50,197 nucleotides of DNA from Granulicella sp. (GCA_027339965.1 DAHWNL010000035.1:1-50197), one strand, 5' to 3'; counted from the stretch's first letter, positions 10,739 to 22,031 are shown. Notes: generated by a model from the letters alone, not told the origin. Numbers and translations: made by a program.

Positions 10739-10956
10739 GCGCGTGGCTGACGAACTGCGCTGCATTGAAGTGACTCCCGGGGGTGCGGCAGAGGGCCTGC
10801 CGGTGTCGAGCGCCTGATGCAAGGAAGCATCAGGTTCGGGGAGAGACTCTGCGCGCCCGTAGCCTCGCCCTGCGCCAGGTTCCAGAACCGGCTGCCGGTG
10901 AAAGGGAAAGCCCCGCTGCCCGGGGGCGCCGTCATTTATCCTGAGAGTTCTACGTC

Positions 10957-12072
10957 ATGAGTGCAGAAATTCCGGAGTTGAAGCAGTTTGATGAGGCCGA
11001 GCTCGACCGGGCGTTTGCCCGCCTGGAGGCCGATGCCGCGGCGCAGGCTCGCATGCTTACCGGAGGTGAATCTATTGAAGCCTTTCGCCTCCAGTGGCTG
11101 GGCCGCAAACAGGGGCTGTTGGGGCAGTTGAGCTCGGCATGGCTCAAGTCCGCGCCGGCGGCGGCCAAGCCGTCGCTCGGGGTGCGCTTCAATCGCCTGA
11201 AGGCGCAGATTGAGTCCCTGCTGGAGGAGAATCGGGAACAGCACCAAGCGGGTGGCCAAGCGAATGGGCTGGACGTTACCCTGCCGGGAGCGGCGCCGCG
11301 GGTGGGCGCAGAGCATCCTCTGGTGAAGACCATGGCGGAGATCGTCGGCGTCTTCCAGCGCATGGGCTACTCGGTGGGTCTGGGGCCGGAGGTGGAGACG
11401 GACTTTTACAACTTCGAGGCCCTGAACTTCCCTCCCAATCATCCGGCGCGCGACACCCAGGACACGCTGGTGATAGCAGACCAGGAGCGGAAGCCGCTGC
11501 GGGAGCGGCTGCTCATGCGGACCCACACCTCGCCGGTGCAGATCCGCTCCATGCTGGAGCAGGCTCCGCCGCTGCGGCTGGTGATTCCGGGCAAGGTGCA
11601 CCGCAACGATGCGGCCGACGCCACGCACTCGCCTGTGTTCCACCAGGTGGAGGGGCTTTGCGTGGACACTCAGATCACCTTCAGCGACCTGAAGGGAACG
11701 CTGGACCACGCCATGAAGTCACTATTCGGCTCGGCCGTCAAGACGCGCTTCTTCCCCAGCTTCTTTCCCTTTACCGAACCCAGCGCGGATGTGCAGATCT
11801 CCTGCATCTTCTGCGGCGGCAAGGGCTGCCGCAAGTGCAAGCACTCGGGGTGGATTGAGCTGCTGGGCTGCGGCATGGTGGACCCGGCGGTCTTTGAAGC
11901 GGTCAACCAGCGGCGCCTGGAGATGGGCCGCGAGCCGGTCTATGACACCCGGAAGATCAGCGGATTCGCCTTTGGCATGGGCGTGGACCGCATCGCCATG
12001 ATGAAGTTCGGCATCGGCGACATCGGCCTGTTGTACTCAGGGGATCTAAGGTTTTTGGAGCAGTTTGCGTGA
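10957..12072 (+). CDS. pheS: Phenylalanyl-tRNA synthetase alpha subunit
   Basis: HPARDTQDT, RTHTSPVQIR, FHQVEG, FPFTEPS, GFAFGMG. Confidence 0.97.
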   Translation: MSAEIPELKQFDEAELDRAFARLEADAAAQARMLTGGESIEAFRLQWLGRKQGLLGQLSSAWLKSAPAAAKPSLGVRFNRLKAQIESLLEENREQHQAGGQANGLDVTLPGAAPRVGAEHPLVKTMAEIVGVFQRMGYSVGLGPEVETDFYNFEALNFPPNHPARDTQDTLVIADQERKPLRERLLMRTHTSPVQIRSMLEQAPPLRLVIPGKVHRNDAADATHSPVFHQVEGLCVDTQITFSDLKGTLDHAMKSLFGSAVKTRFFPSFFPFTEPSADVQISCIFCGGKGCRKCKHSGWIELLGCGMVDPAVFEAVNQRRLEMGREPVYDTRKISGFAFGMGVDRIAMMKFGIGDIGLLYSGDLRFLEQFA

Positions 12073-14240
12073 AGATTCTTACCGAGTGGCTGCGTTCGTA
12101 TCTGCCTGGGCTCCCGCTGGACGACCGCCGGCTTGCCGAAGATCTGACTCTGCGCGGCATCGCCGTCGAAGGAGAGTTCCCCGCCTCCTGCGGAGGGACG
12201 CTGTTTGAGATGGATATCACTACCAACCGCGTGGACGCGATGAACCACTATGGGGTGGCGCGCGAGGCGGCGGCGATTTATGGCTTGCATCTGGAGCCTT
12301 TGGCGCTGATGGCGCCGCTTGAGGAGAGCCGGACAGGTGCCGGGGTTCCGGTTCGCGCCGGGTTTCCAGTTCGCATAGAGGCTGAGGATCTGTGCGGCAG
12401 GTTCACCGCGCGGGTGATTCGCGGCGTTAGGATCGGACCCAGCACAGGAGCCATCGCCCGGTACTTCGAGGCCCTCGGGCAAAAGCAGATTCTGGCGCCG
12501 GTGGACGTCACCAACTTCGCCTGGATGGCCATGGGGCACCCGACGCATGTCTTCGATCTGGACAAGATCGAGGGCGGAATCGTGGTGCGCAGAGCGCGCA
12601 ACGGCGAGCGGCTGCGCCTGCTGGATGGCTCGGAGAAGACGCTCTCCGGCGACGATCTGGTGGTGGCCGATGAAGTGAAGGCGCTGGCGTTGGCCGGCGT
12701 AATGGGCGGGTGGGACTCGCGCGTCACGGAGGCGACCAGGAACGTTCTGGTGGAGGCCGCATGGTTTGATCCGGCGGCGATTCGTTCCAGCTCCCGGCGG
12801 CAAGGCCTGCATACCGACGCCAGCCATCGCTTCGAGCGAGGCGCGGACTTCAACGCCGCACCGCAAGCCAATCATCTGGTGACACGGCTGGTGATGGAGC
12901 AGAGTGGCGGAGAGGTCGAGGGGCCGCTGGTGGACGTGCAGGTGCCGGCGATAGCGGCCAGAACCGCAGAGAGGCCCGCGATCCGGCTAGAGGCGAGCCA
13001 GGTGCGACGCATCCTGGGCAAAACCGCTGAGGAGGCGGGCGCTGGGCAGGGGATCAGCGACGAGATCATCGCCCGGTACTTGACCGCGCTGGGATGCAAT
13101 TTGACCCGGCTGGAGGCCGGTGAGTACGCCGTTTCGCTACCCAGTTGGCGTCTGGATCTGGAGCGCGAGATTGATCTGATTGAAGAGGTGGCCAGAGTCC
13201 ATGGCTACAACCGCTTCGCCAACACGCTGCCGGTCTTCCAAGGCACGGTGCGGGAGCTGGCCCACGCCGCCCAGGAGGCGGCGATTCGCCAGACCCTGCG
13301 GGCGTTGGGATACACCGAGGCAGTTGGGAGCACCTTCGTCTCCGCCGAAGAGGCCGAGACGTTTGGCTGCGCCGAACTGGCCGGCGGGGTGGGGGGCGCT
13401 GTGGCCATGGGCAATCCGCTCAGCGCCGAGGCCGGCATGCTGCGGCCGTCGTTGGCGCCGGGCATGGCCACCATGCTGGCGCACAACCTGCATCGGGATG
13501 TGAGTGTGGTGCGCTTGTTTGAACTGGGCACGGTCTTTACGGGTTCGTCGGCAGAGGTGAAGGAGCGGGTGGGGCTGGCGCTGGGAGCCACGGGAGCAGC
13601 CAAGGCTGCTGCGCGTCTCTACAAGTCCGAAGACGCCCTGTTTTATGAGGTCAAAGGAGCGCTGGAGGCGCTCTTAGGGAGGTTTTCCAGCGCGCAAGGC
13701 GCGGGTTCGGTGAGCTTTGACGCCGCCGGTTTGCCGGCCTGGATCGAGCCCGGACGGGGAGCGCGAGTTTGGCTCAAGGGAGCGCTGGTCGCTGTCTTTG
13801 GAGAACTAAGCGCGGCCCAGCTCCAGGCGCGCAAGCTGCGCCAGCCCTGCGTGGTGGCCTGCATCGATGCTCAGCGGCTGCTGGAGGACGCTCTGCGCCA
13901 GCCGGCGGTCACAGAGCTCTCCCGATTCCAGGCGGTGGAGAGAGATTTTTCCTTCCTGTTTCCGGACGCAGTGACCTGGGCGACGATCGAAGCCGCGCTG
14001 CGCGGCCCGGCTGCGCAGCGCGTGGATCCCGCACAGGAGCTGGCCGAGCTGCGCAGTCTGCGGCCCATAGAGATCTTCCGCGACCCCAATGGTAAGGCCG
14101 TTCCGTTGGAATCCTACTCGCTGCTGTTGCGCGCCGTCTTCCAGTCCAACGAACGCACGTTGGCCGAGCACGAGATTGCTAGCTGGACGGAGTGGGTGGT
14201 GGCGCAGTTGAACGCGCTCGGCGGCGTTCAGAGGGTTTGA
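12069..14240 (+). CDS. pheT: Phenylalanyl-tRNA synthetase beta subunit
   Basis: GTGA overlap with pheS; TTNRVD, LAGVMGG, TDASHRFERG, WRLDLEREIDLIEEVAR, C-terminal FDX-ACB (RDFSF). Confidence 0.95.
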   Translation: MKILTEWLRSYLPGLPLDDRRLAEDLTLRGIAVEGEFPASCGGTLFEMDITTNRVDAMNHYGVAREAAAIYGLHLEPLALMAPLEESRTGAGVPVRAGFPVRIEAEDLCGRFTARVIRGVRIGPSTGAIARYFEALGQKQILAPVDVTNFAWMAMGHPTHVFDLDKIEGGIVVRRARNGERLRLLDGSEKTLSGDDLVVADEVKALALAGVMGGWDSRVTEATRNVLVEAAWFDPAAIRSSSRRQGLHTDASHRFERGADFNAAPQANHLVTRLVMEQSGGEVEGPLVDVQVPAIAARTAERPAIRLEASQVRRILGKTAEEAGAGQGISDEIIARYLTALGCNLTRLEAGEYAVSLPSWRLDLEREIDLIEEVARVHGYNRFANTLPVFQGTVRELAHAAQEAAIRQTLRALGYTEAVGSTFVSAEEAETFGCAELAGGVGGAVAMGNPLSAEAGMLRPSLAPGMATMLAHNLHRDVSVVRLFELGTVFTGSSAEVKERVGLALGATGAAKAAARLYKSEDALFYEVKGALEALLGRFSSAQGAGSVSFDAAGLPAWIEPGRGARVWLKGALVAVFGELSAAQLQARKLRQPCVVACIDAQRLLEDALRQPAVTELSRFQAVERDFSFLFPDAVTWATIEAALRGPAAQRVDPAQELAELRSLRPIEIFRDPNGKAVPLESYSLLLRAVFQSNERTLAEHEIASWTEWVVAQLNALGGVQRV

Positions 14241-14506
14241 ACGGTCTCTGGGCCGAGTACGCTCGTCGGCCGCGCCGGCTGTGCGGATCGGCGGCGCTGG
14301 GAGCAGAGTGCGAGAAGCATAGGCGCGATTCCGCGTGCAAGATGGGAGGGCCGGAAAAGGGAACTCATCCAGATACCTCAAGGACGTATTGCGGGAAATC
14401 CTCGCCCAGGCATCCTATACTTCCATCAGAGCGCCGTGGTTTCAGTGCTGCGGCTTCGCGTCCGGCGATGGGTCTGTGCGTCTCCCCCGCGCGGAAGGAG
14501 TAGGAG

Positions 14507-14836
14507 ATGGGATCGGCAAGCATCAGCGTCGATGAGTTTCAGGCTCTGGAGCAGAAGGTGCTTCAGACCGTCGAACTGATCAAGAAAGAACGTGAGGCGA
14601 GGTCGGCGGCTGAGGCCGCGCGCACCACCGCGGAGGCGCAGGTTGCCGCGCTTCGGGCTGAACTGGCGGCCCGTGATCAAGATATCGCCGCGCGCGCACA
14701 GGAGATTGCTGCTCTGCGCCAGGAGATCTCCGGGCTGGGTTTTGCCCAGACTCAGATGGAGAGCCTGCTGCGCGAAAGAGAAGCAGTAAGACAGCGCGTG
14801 GAGGAGATGCTGGCGCGGATCGAGGAAGTGATCTAG
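14507..14836 (+). CDS. Coiled-coil protein, ZapB-like cell division factor
   Basis: Heptad-rich (LEQKV..VELI...REAVRQRVEEML); position between pheT and zapA; GGAG-rich SD. Confidence 0.7.
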   Translation: MGSASISVDEFQALEQKVLQTVELIKKEREARSAAEAARTTAEAQVAALRAELAARDQDIAARAQEIAALRQEISGLGFAQTQMESLLREREAVRQRVEEMLARIEEVI

Positions 14837-15003
14837 CAGGTACTCTGCTGCGGCAGGTCCTTCGCCGCGTCTCCAGACGCCTGGGTTCCTGGCGGGCAAC
14901 TTGGCTGGAAGGGTATAGAACGGCTGCCGCGGCACCAGGCTGGCGAAGCGAGTTTTGAACCGAGCGAAGTTGCGCCGGGGTAGCGAGGGAGTGGGAAGAC
15001 AAA

Positions 15004-15381
15004 GTGGCCGAGACGCAGTCCAGAGACGAGAGCTTGCCGGCGCTGTCCGCAGTGCATGCCGGCGTGGTCGTGGATATCTACGATCAGATCTATCAGCTTC
15101 GTGGGGTGGATCCGGCCCATATCGCGCATCTGGCCGCCGTGGTGGATGGCAAGATGCGCGCTGTCTCGGCGCATGGGGCCACGGTGGATTCACTGCGCGT
15201 GGCCGTATTGGCGGCGCTGAATCTCGCCGATGAGTTGGTGACGCTGCAGGCGCGATATGAGGCGTTATGCGCCTCACTGGAGGCCGGTCGTCAGACGGCG
15301 GCGGAAGGTGCGGTGCGGTCGCGGGCGGGCTCCCTGATGGGAATGCTGGACGAGATCCTCGAAGAGCGCAAGGCTGGGTAG
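15004..15381 (+). CDS. zapA: Cell division protein ZapA
   Basis: VDIYDQIYQL...LAAVVDGKM...RVAVLAALNLADE, the ZapA signature. Confidence 0.9.
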   Translation: MAETQSRDESLPALSAVHAGVVVDIYDQIYQLRGVDPAHIAHLAAVVDGKMRAVSAHGATVDSLRVAVLAALNLADELVTLQARYEALCASLEAGRQTAAEGAVRSRAGSLMGMLDEILEERKAG

Positions 15382-15659
15382 GGCGCCGTCCGGCCAGGCG
15401 AATCCGCCGGGAAGAAATCAGAGCGCTGCAGGCTCCATCTGCGCAGAACCCAATGAGCTTGAAGACGGATGGAAGCCAGGTTGGATTTGGCGGGCCGCTC
15501 GATGTGACCTCGGCCTGAATGCGGAAGCGCAGCGTGGCGACCATCTGAGCTGCGCGCTGAGCCGCTCGCCGGATGGATTCGGCCCGCAGCGATGCTGCTG
15601 CCTCTCCCGCGGATCTCGACTTGCTCCCCTCCATCGTTGTGCGGGATGATGGAGTTCAC

Positions 15660-16784
15660 ATGTCTCTCCCTGAGGAGGCGATCCTCTTGCTCAAGGCGGC
15701 TATGTTCTCGCTGGCCATGGTTTTCCTCGCTCCGGGCGCAGCCGGTGTGTGCCACCCGCAATCGGCCGGCGCAGCCACGAGTTCGCCGGCATCGACGACA
15801 GAGCAGCCCTCCAATCCAAAGGTTCTTGCGGAGCTGCGGCAAGCCTGGCAGTTGGAGCAGCGACAGCAGTCCGCGCTCGCGATCGGCGCGTACAAGAAGG
15901 CCAACAAGCTCGCCGGCGGCAGTTGTGTCGCCTGCCTCTCCGGCCTGTATCGAGCGCAGATGAAGCAGGGAGACTTCAGGGAGGCGATTCGCGCAGCGGC
16001 TGCCATGCAGGCTGCGGGAGCGTCGCCGCTGGTAAAGTCGGTGGCTGCATACAACCAAGGCCGGGCTCTGATGGCCCTGGGCGGCAATCAACCCAAACCT
16101 GCGCAGTTGGAGCAGGCGCGCGCCGCCTACAGCGAGGCGGTCCAGCTCGATCCACAAAACGTCTCGGCACTCTTCAACGAGGGCGAAGTGCTGGCGCGCA
16201 TGGGCCGGAGGGATGAGGCCCAAAAGGACTTTCGGCTTTGCCTCAGCACGCTGCGTCCCGGAGATCCGGCTTGGCCGCGGGTGAAGCACTTCGCGGACGA
16301 CCCCGAGCTGGCGGTCCAGAAGATGGCCCCGGCCTTTGAGGTCACAGCTCTGAACGGATCCAGGTTCAACCTGGATGCCATGGCCGGCAAGGTGGTTCTG
16401 ATCGACTTCTGGGCAACCTGGTGCGGCCCCTGCAACCAGGATCTGCCGTATTTGAAGAAGATTGCCAGCGAGTTCGCCGGTCAGCCTTTGGTGATGATCA
16501 GCGTGAGCCTGGACTCCAATGCGGCAGCCTGGAGGGAGTTCGTACAGAAGCACGAGATGACCTGGTTGCAGTATCGGGATGCGGACCACCAACTCGCCCG
16601 TGAGTTTGGGGTCACCTCCATTCCGCACTACTTCACCATCGACTCCGATGGGGTGTTGGCCTCGGAGTCGCTCGGCAGTGGATCCAACCTCGAAGACAGA
16701 TTGCATGACTTGATTGCCAGGGCGGAACAAGCCGGCCGGCAGCGGGCCGCCGCCACCGCACCTGCCGCGCCGCAGACGCCTTGA
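15660..16784 (+). CDS. Secreted TPR protein with C-terminal TlpA/thioredoxin-like domain
   Basis: Signal-like N-terminus, TPR helices (AYSEAVQLDP...FNEGEVLARMG), GKVVLIDFWATWCGPC; GGAG before ATG 15660. Confidence 0.88.
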   Translation: MSLPEEAILLLKAAMFSLAMVFLAPGAAGVCHPQSAGAATSSPASTTEQPSNPKVLAELRQAWQLEQRQQSALAIGAYKKANKLAGGSCVACLSGLYRAQMKQGDFREAIRAAAAMQAAGASPLVKSVAAYNQGRALMALGGNQPKPAQLEQARAAYSEAVQLDPQNVSALFNEGEVLARMGRRDEAQKDFRLCLSTLRPGDPAWPRVKHFADDPELAVQKMAPAFEVTALNGSRFNLDAMAGKVVLIDFWATWCGPCNQDLPYLKKIASEFAGQPLVMISVSLDSNAAAWREFVQKHEMTWLQYRDADHQLAREFGVTSIPHYFTIDSDGVLASESLGSGSNLEDRLHDLIARAEQAGRQRAAATAPAAPQTP

Positions 16785-16830
16785 CACATCCCGGCGGCCT
16801 TTCCGAGCTTCCTTTTTTGCGCTGTCACTA

Positions 16831-16943
16831 TAGTATTTTCAGTGTCGATGGGTACACCGGAGAGGGCGTGCAGTGGCGTTTTCATTGGGGGAAGCGCCCA
16901 TGGAGGTCGAGGCGTCGCGTTACACCTGCACTGAAAACGCTTT
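16831..16943 (+). ncRNA. Candidate structured ncRNA or dispersed repeat, copy 1
   Basis: 88/113 identical to 35796-35907; outer stem TTTTCAGTG/CACTGAAAA; apical stem GGCGTTTTC/GGAAGCGCC. Family not identified. Confidence 0.5.
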
Positions 16944-17099
16944 AGCGCAGCCATCGAGTCGAAGAGCTGCGGCATGCCCAAAATCCTGCTCCTCTGGCGG
17001 CGGTGCTGCCGGAACCATTCTCCCGGTTTTGCTACGCCCATGCGGGATCCGCGCGTCCCAGCGCAGCAGACTCGCCGGTCGACGTAAACTAAAAGCTCT

Positions 17100-18485
17100 A
17101 TGACTGAGAGCAAAAAGGCCCCGGTGCGCGCGGCGCTCAAGGCAGTGCGTGGCACCCGTGATCTTCTCCCGGACCAAACTCCGCTGTGGAACAACGTGGA
17201 GACCACCGCCCGCAACCTCTTCGCCCGCTACGGCTTCGGCGAGATTCGCACGCCGGTGCTGGAGGCTACCGAACTGTTTGCCCGGGGCGTAGGCGAGGAG
17301 ACCGACATCGTCAGCAAGGAGATGTTCACCTGGGAAGATCGCGCCCGTGCCGGCGGCGAAGGCGTCCACGGCCCGGAGTCAAAGGCTCAGTCCCTTACCC
17401 TGCGCCCGGAGAATACGGCTGGAGTGGTCCGCGCCTATATTGAGCATCAGATGGCCCACAGCGGAGCCCTACAAAAGCTCTACTACATTGGCCCGCAGTT
17501 TCGCCGCGAGCGTCCGCAGCGAGGCCGCTACCGGCAGTTCTGGCAGATCGGCGCCGAGGTGATTGGACCGCCATCCTCCGGCTCCGAGTCTCCGTTGCGT
17601 GACGCCGAGATTCTGGAGATGCTGGCCGGCTTCCTGGACAAACTGGGGGTGCGCGGCTGGCGGCTTGAACTTAGCTCGGTGGGCTCCTACCAGGATCGCG
17701 TCCGTTACAACGAAATCCTGCGCGCCGCGCTGCAACCCATTCGCAGCCGGCTGTGCGGCGACTGCCAGCGCCGCGCCGAGACCAACCCGCTGCGGGTGCT
17801 GGATTGCAAGGTTCCTGACGATCAGGCGCTGATCGGCGCTCTGCCGCAGATCTCCGACCACATCTCCGCCGACTCGCAGACCCACTTCAGCGCAGTACGC
17901 GCTGCGCTGGAGGCCTGCGGGGTTCCGTATACCTTGAACCCGCGGCTGGTGCGCGGCCTGGACTACTACACGCGCACTACGTTCGAGTTCACGGTCAGCA
18001 CGGGACTTGGCACGCAGAATGCCCTGCTGGGAGGAGGCCGCTACGATGGCCTGAGCGAGATGCTGGGTGGCCCGCGCTCGCCCGGCATTGGATTCGCCAT
18101 CGGCGAAGACCGCCTGATCCTGACCCTGCAGGCCCAGCAGGAAGAGGATGCGAGAGCCTCTGGAGCACCGCCAGGCGAGTTGCTGGACGCCTACATCGCC
18201 CCTTTAACCCCGGCCCAGAACGCAACCGCCCTGGCACTGGCCCGCGAGCTTCGCTGCGCCGGCCTCAGGATTGAGGTGGGCGACGGCTCTTTCAAGCTGC
18301 GCAAGTCCTTTGAGATCGCCGACAGCTTGGCCCGCCACATTGTCCTCCTGGGCGAAGACGAGGCCGGCAGCGGGGTCTTCACTGTGAAAGCCTTCGCCAG
18401 CGGAGAGCAAACCAAGATCCCGCGGGCAAGGTTGGCTGAAGCTTTGCACGGAGTTCAGAGCCGCGGCTCAAACTTCGTACAATAG
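17100..18485 (+). CDS. hisS: Histidyl-tRNA synthetase
   Basis: RGTRD, DIVSKEMF, LRPENTA, FRRERPQRGRYRQF, RGLDYY, GGGRYD. Confidence 0.97.
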   Translation: MTESKKAPVRAALKAVRGTRDLLPDQTPLWNNVETTARNLFARYGFGEIRTPVLEATELFARGVGEETDIVSKEMFTWEDRARAGGEGVHGPESKAQSLTLRPENTAGVVRAYIEHQMAHSGALQKLYYIGPQFRRERPQRGRYRQFWQIGAEVIGPPSSGSESPLRDAEILEMLAGFLDKLGVRGWRLELSSVGSYQDRVRYNEILRAALQPIRSRLCGDCQRRAETNPLRVLDCKVPDDQALIGALPQISDHISADSQTHFSAVRAALEACGVPYTLNPRLVRGLDYYTRTTFEFTVSTGLGTQNALLGGGRYDGLSEMLGGPRSPGIGFAIGEDRLILTLQAQQEEDARASGAPPGELLDAYIAPLTPAQNATALALARELRCAGLRIEVGDGSFKLRKSFEIADSLARHIVLLGEDEAGSGVFTVKAFASGEQTKIPRARLAEALHGVQSRGSNFVQ

Positions 18486-18492
18486 AAAGATT

Positions 18493-20349
<1,857 letters not shown>

Positions 20350-20362
20350 GGAGAAAGAGTCC

Positions 20363-20794
20363 ATGCACAACCCCCCGCACTGGCCGGTTCCGGCTCGTTT
20401 CCTGGCCGGCGCTCTGATTCTCTACAGCGTCCTGCTGTGCGCGGTGAGTTGGCACGTCTTTTCCACGACCTTGTTTGAAGGCGCCACCACCGGCCGGGCG
20501 GCTGGAGTTTGGGAGGTTGGCCTCTTCGGCGCATCCGGCCTGATTGTCTTGATCCTCACCTCTCTCTTTCCTGTCTTGCTTCTGCTTGGACTCTGGAGAC
20601 CGCGCCTGGCTGGCGCCCTGCTTCTTGCCGGGGCCGGGACTCTGCTGGCGCTGACCCTGACAGCCTCGCATCGAGTCGAGAGCGCGGCGGCGGGAGTGGT
20701 AGGGGCCAGCCTTCTGTTCCTGGGTGTGCCCATGTTGGGCTCTGCCATCTTGTTCCAGCGGGTCGGCCGGAGGCGCGCAGTGGTGCAGGGTTAG
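20363..20794 (+). CDS. Hypothetical membrane protein (about 4 TM)
   Basis: GAGGAG SD, 13 nt after the aspS stop, four hydrophobic segments. Confidence 0.7.
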   Translation: MHNPPHWPVPARFLAGALILYSVLLCAVSWHVFSTTLFEGATTGRAAGVWEVGLFGASGLIVLILTSLFPVLLLLGLWRPRLAGALLLAGAGTLLALTLTASHRVESAAAGVVGASLLFLGVPMLGSAILFQRVGRRRAVVQG

Positions 20795-21630
20795 TTCATC
20801 CAGCGCCGGTCACTCGGGTCACGCGGCTTCCCGTCCGGATCGACATACCGCCCCTCCTCATCGAGGCTTACGTCTCTGCCCTGGTTGCGCATATACACGG
20901 CAAACTTGCGGGCAGCGCGGCGCCGCTTCGCCCGAGAGTATGCATTGCGGGCGGCGAACCAGCGCTCCGCGATTCGGATGCGCAGGCCGCGCCGGGGAGC
21001 CAGCTTGAGAAACCCATAGCCCGCACCGGCGTTGCACAGCGCCGCGAGCGCTCCAAACCGGTCCCCGCCCACCAGCGCCAAGGCAAGGTAGAAGAGAACA
21101 TAGATGACGGCCAGATACTTGGCCTTGAGCGAGAACAGGAAGTTGAACTTCACCTGTTGCTCTGCGTTCAGCACTCCGTAGGCTACCATCACCGCTAGCA
21201 CCGCGGGCCACATCCCTTGCGTCACGGCGTAGGGACCAAGGCCCGGAACTCCCCCACCCAGCAGGCTGAGCAGCACGGCCAACGCACCGCCGGCCGCGGT
21301 CGCCACCAGAAAATACTGGCTCAACCATTGCGAGCCACGATCGTCCTCCAGAGCGGAGGCGAAGAACCACAGGGTGAGCAGCGCAAAGGCCAGACTGAAC
21401 AGACCGCCCCCAACAAACGGATAGGTGAGCAGTTGCCACAGCATTCCGGCCGCCACCTGGCCGGGCTGCAGACGGAAGAAGCTCAACAGCAACGGCGTAG
21501 AGGGAGGGAGAAACAGAGCCAGGAGCGCGGCCCCCAGATACTCCACCAGCGCCAGCAGAATGATGCGCCGCGTCACACCTTGAAACGGCGGAAATACCAA
21601 CGAGACGGGTTGGTTGGATCGAAACGCCAT
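20791..21630 (-). CDS. Rhomboid-superfamily membrane protein, catalytic residues apparently absent
   Basis: WQLLTYPF, LWFFASALE, LKAKYL and multiple TMs; no GxSG or AHLGG motif. Confidence 0.8.
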   Translation of the reverse strand: MAFRSNQPVSLVFPPFQGVTRRIILLALVEYLGAALLALFLPPSTPLLLSFFRLQPGQVAAGMLWQLLTYPFVGGGLFSLAFALLTLWFFASALEDDRGSQWLSQYFLVATAAGGALAVLLSLLGGGVPGLGPYAVTQGMWPAVLAVMVAYGVLNAEQQVKFNFLFSLKAKYLAVIYVLFYLALALVGGDRFGALAALCNAGAGYGFLKLAPRRGLRIRIAERWFAARNAYSRAKRRRAARKFAVYMRNQGRDVSLDEEGRYVDPDGKPRDPSDRRWMN

Positions 21631-21827
21631 GAACTCTCTATCCTGACCCAGGAAGCAGCTTGTAGGTTCTGCAGAATCCGCTGCCCCCACCCTGCATCTC
21701 TCTGGTTGACGTGCCGCCAGTCTACCGCTAGAACTAGAAAAGACGAGGGTGAGCCACGCTCCATGGTACTCGCTGCCCCCCGGTCCTGGTCCACCTCGGC
21801 TGTGCGCCGAAAAAGAGGAATGTGCTT

Positions 21828-22031
21828 ATGTCAATCGTATGCCCGGAATGTGACAACCCCCTGGACATCGATGTCGATGACGTCGAGGAAGGAGAGATCA
21901 TTCAGTGCGATGAGTGCGGAATCGATCTCGAAGTCGTCTCCAGCGACCCGTTGGAATTGGCTCCCGTCGATGAGGAGGATTACGGCGATGAGGACGAGGA
22001 CCTGCCGCTGGATGATGAAGAGGGCGAGTAG
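21828..22031 (+). CDS. LysW-like small acidic zinc-ribbon protein
   Basis: CPEC...[23 protein letters not shown] then acidic tail ending EEGE; GAGGAA SD. Confidence 0.82.
   Translation: MSIVCPECDNPLDIDVDDVEEGEIIQCDECGIDLEVVSSDPLELAPVDEEDYGDEDEDLPLDDEEGE

Noticed and set aside
14438..14474. TTTCAGTG and GATGGGT words resembling the duplicated ncRNA candidate
   Set aside because: Wrong spacing and the other conserved blocks are absent; likely chance.
15382..15659. Expected position of 6S RNA (ssrS) after zapA
   Set aside because: No recognisable 6S motifs or long closing stem by eye; not called, though a covariance-model search is still warranted.
14426..16787. Long minus-strand ORFs (402 aa and 498 aa)
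   Set aside because: Shadows of the ZapB-like, zapA and TlpA genes with low-complexity or motif-free translations.
16848..16934. Small ORF MGTPERACSGVFIGG... inside the duplicated element
   Set aside because: The second copy differs by non-synonymous changes and a 1-nt indel that removes the stop, so the peptide is not conserved.
16790..17099. T-box or attenuator upstream of hisS
   Set aside because: No T-box consensus or His-rich leader; hisS has its own -10 just before the ATG.
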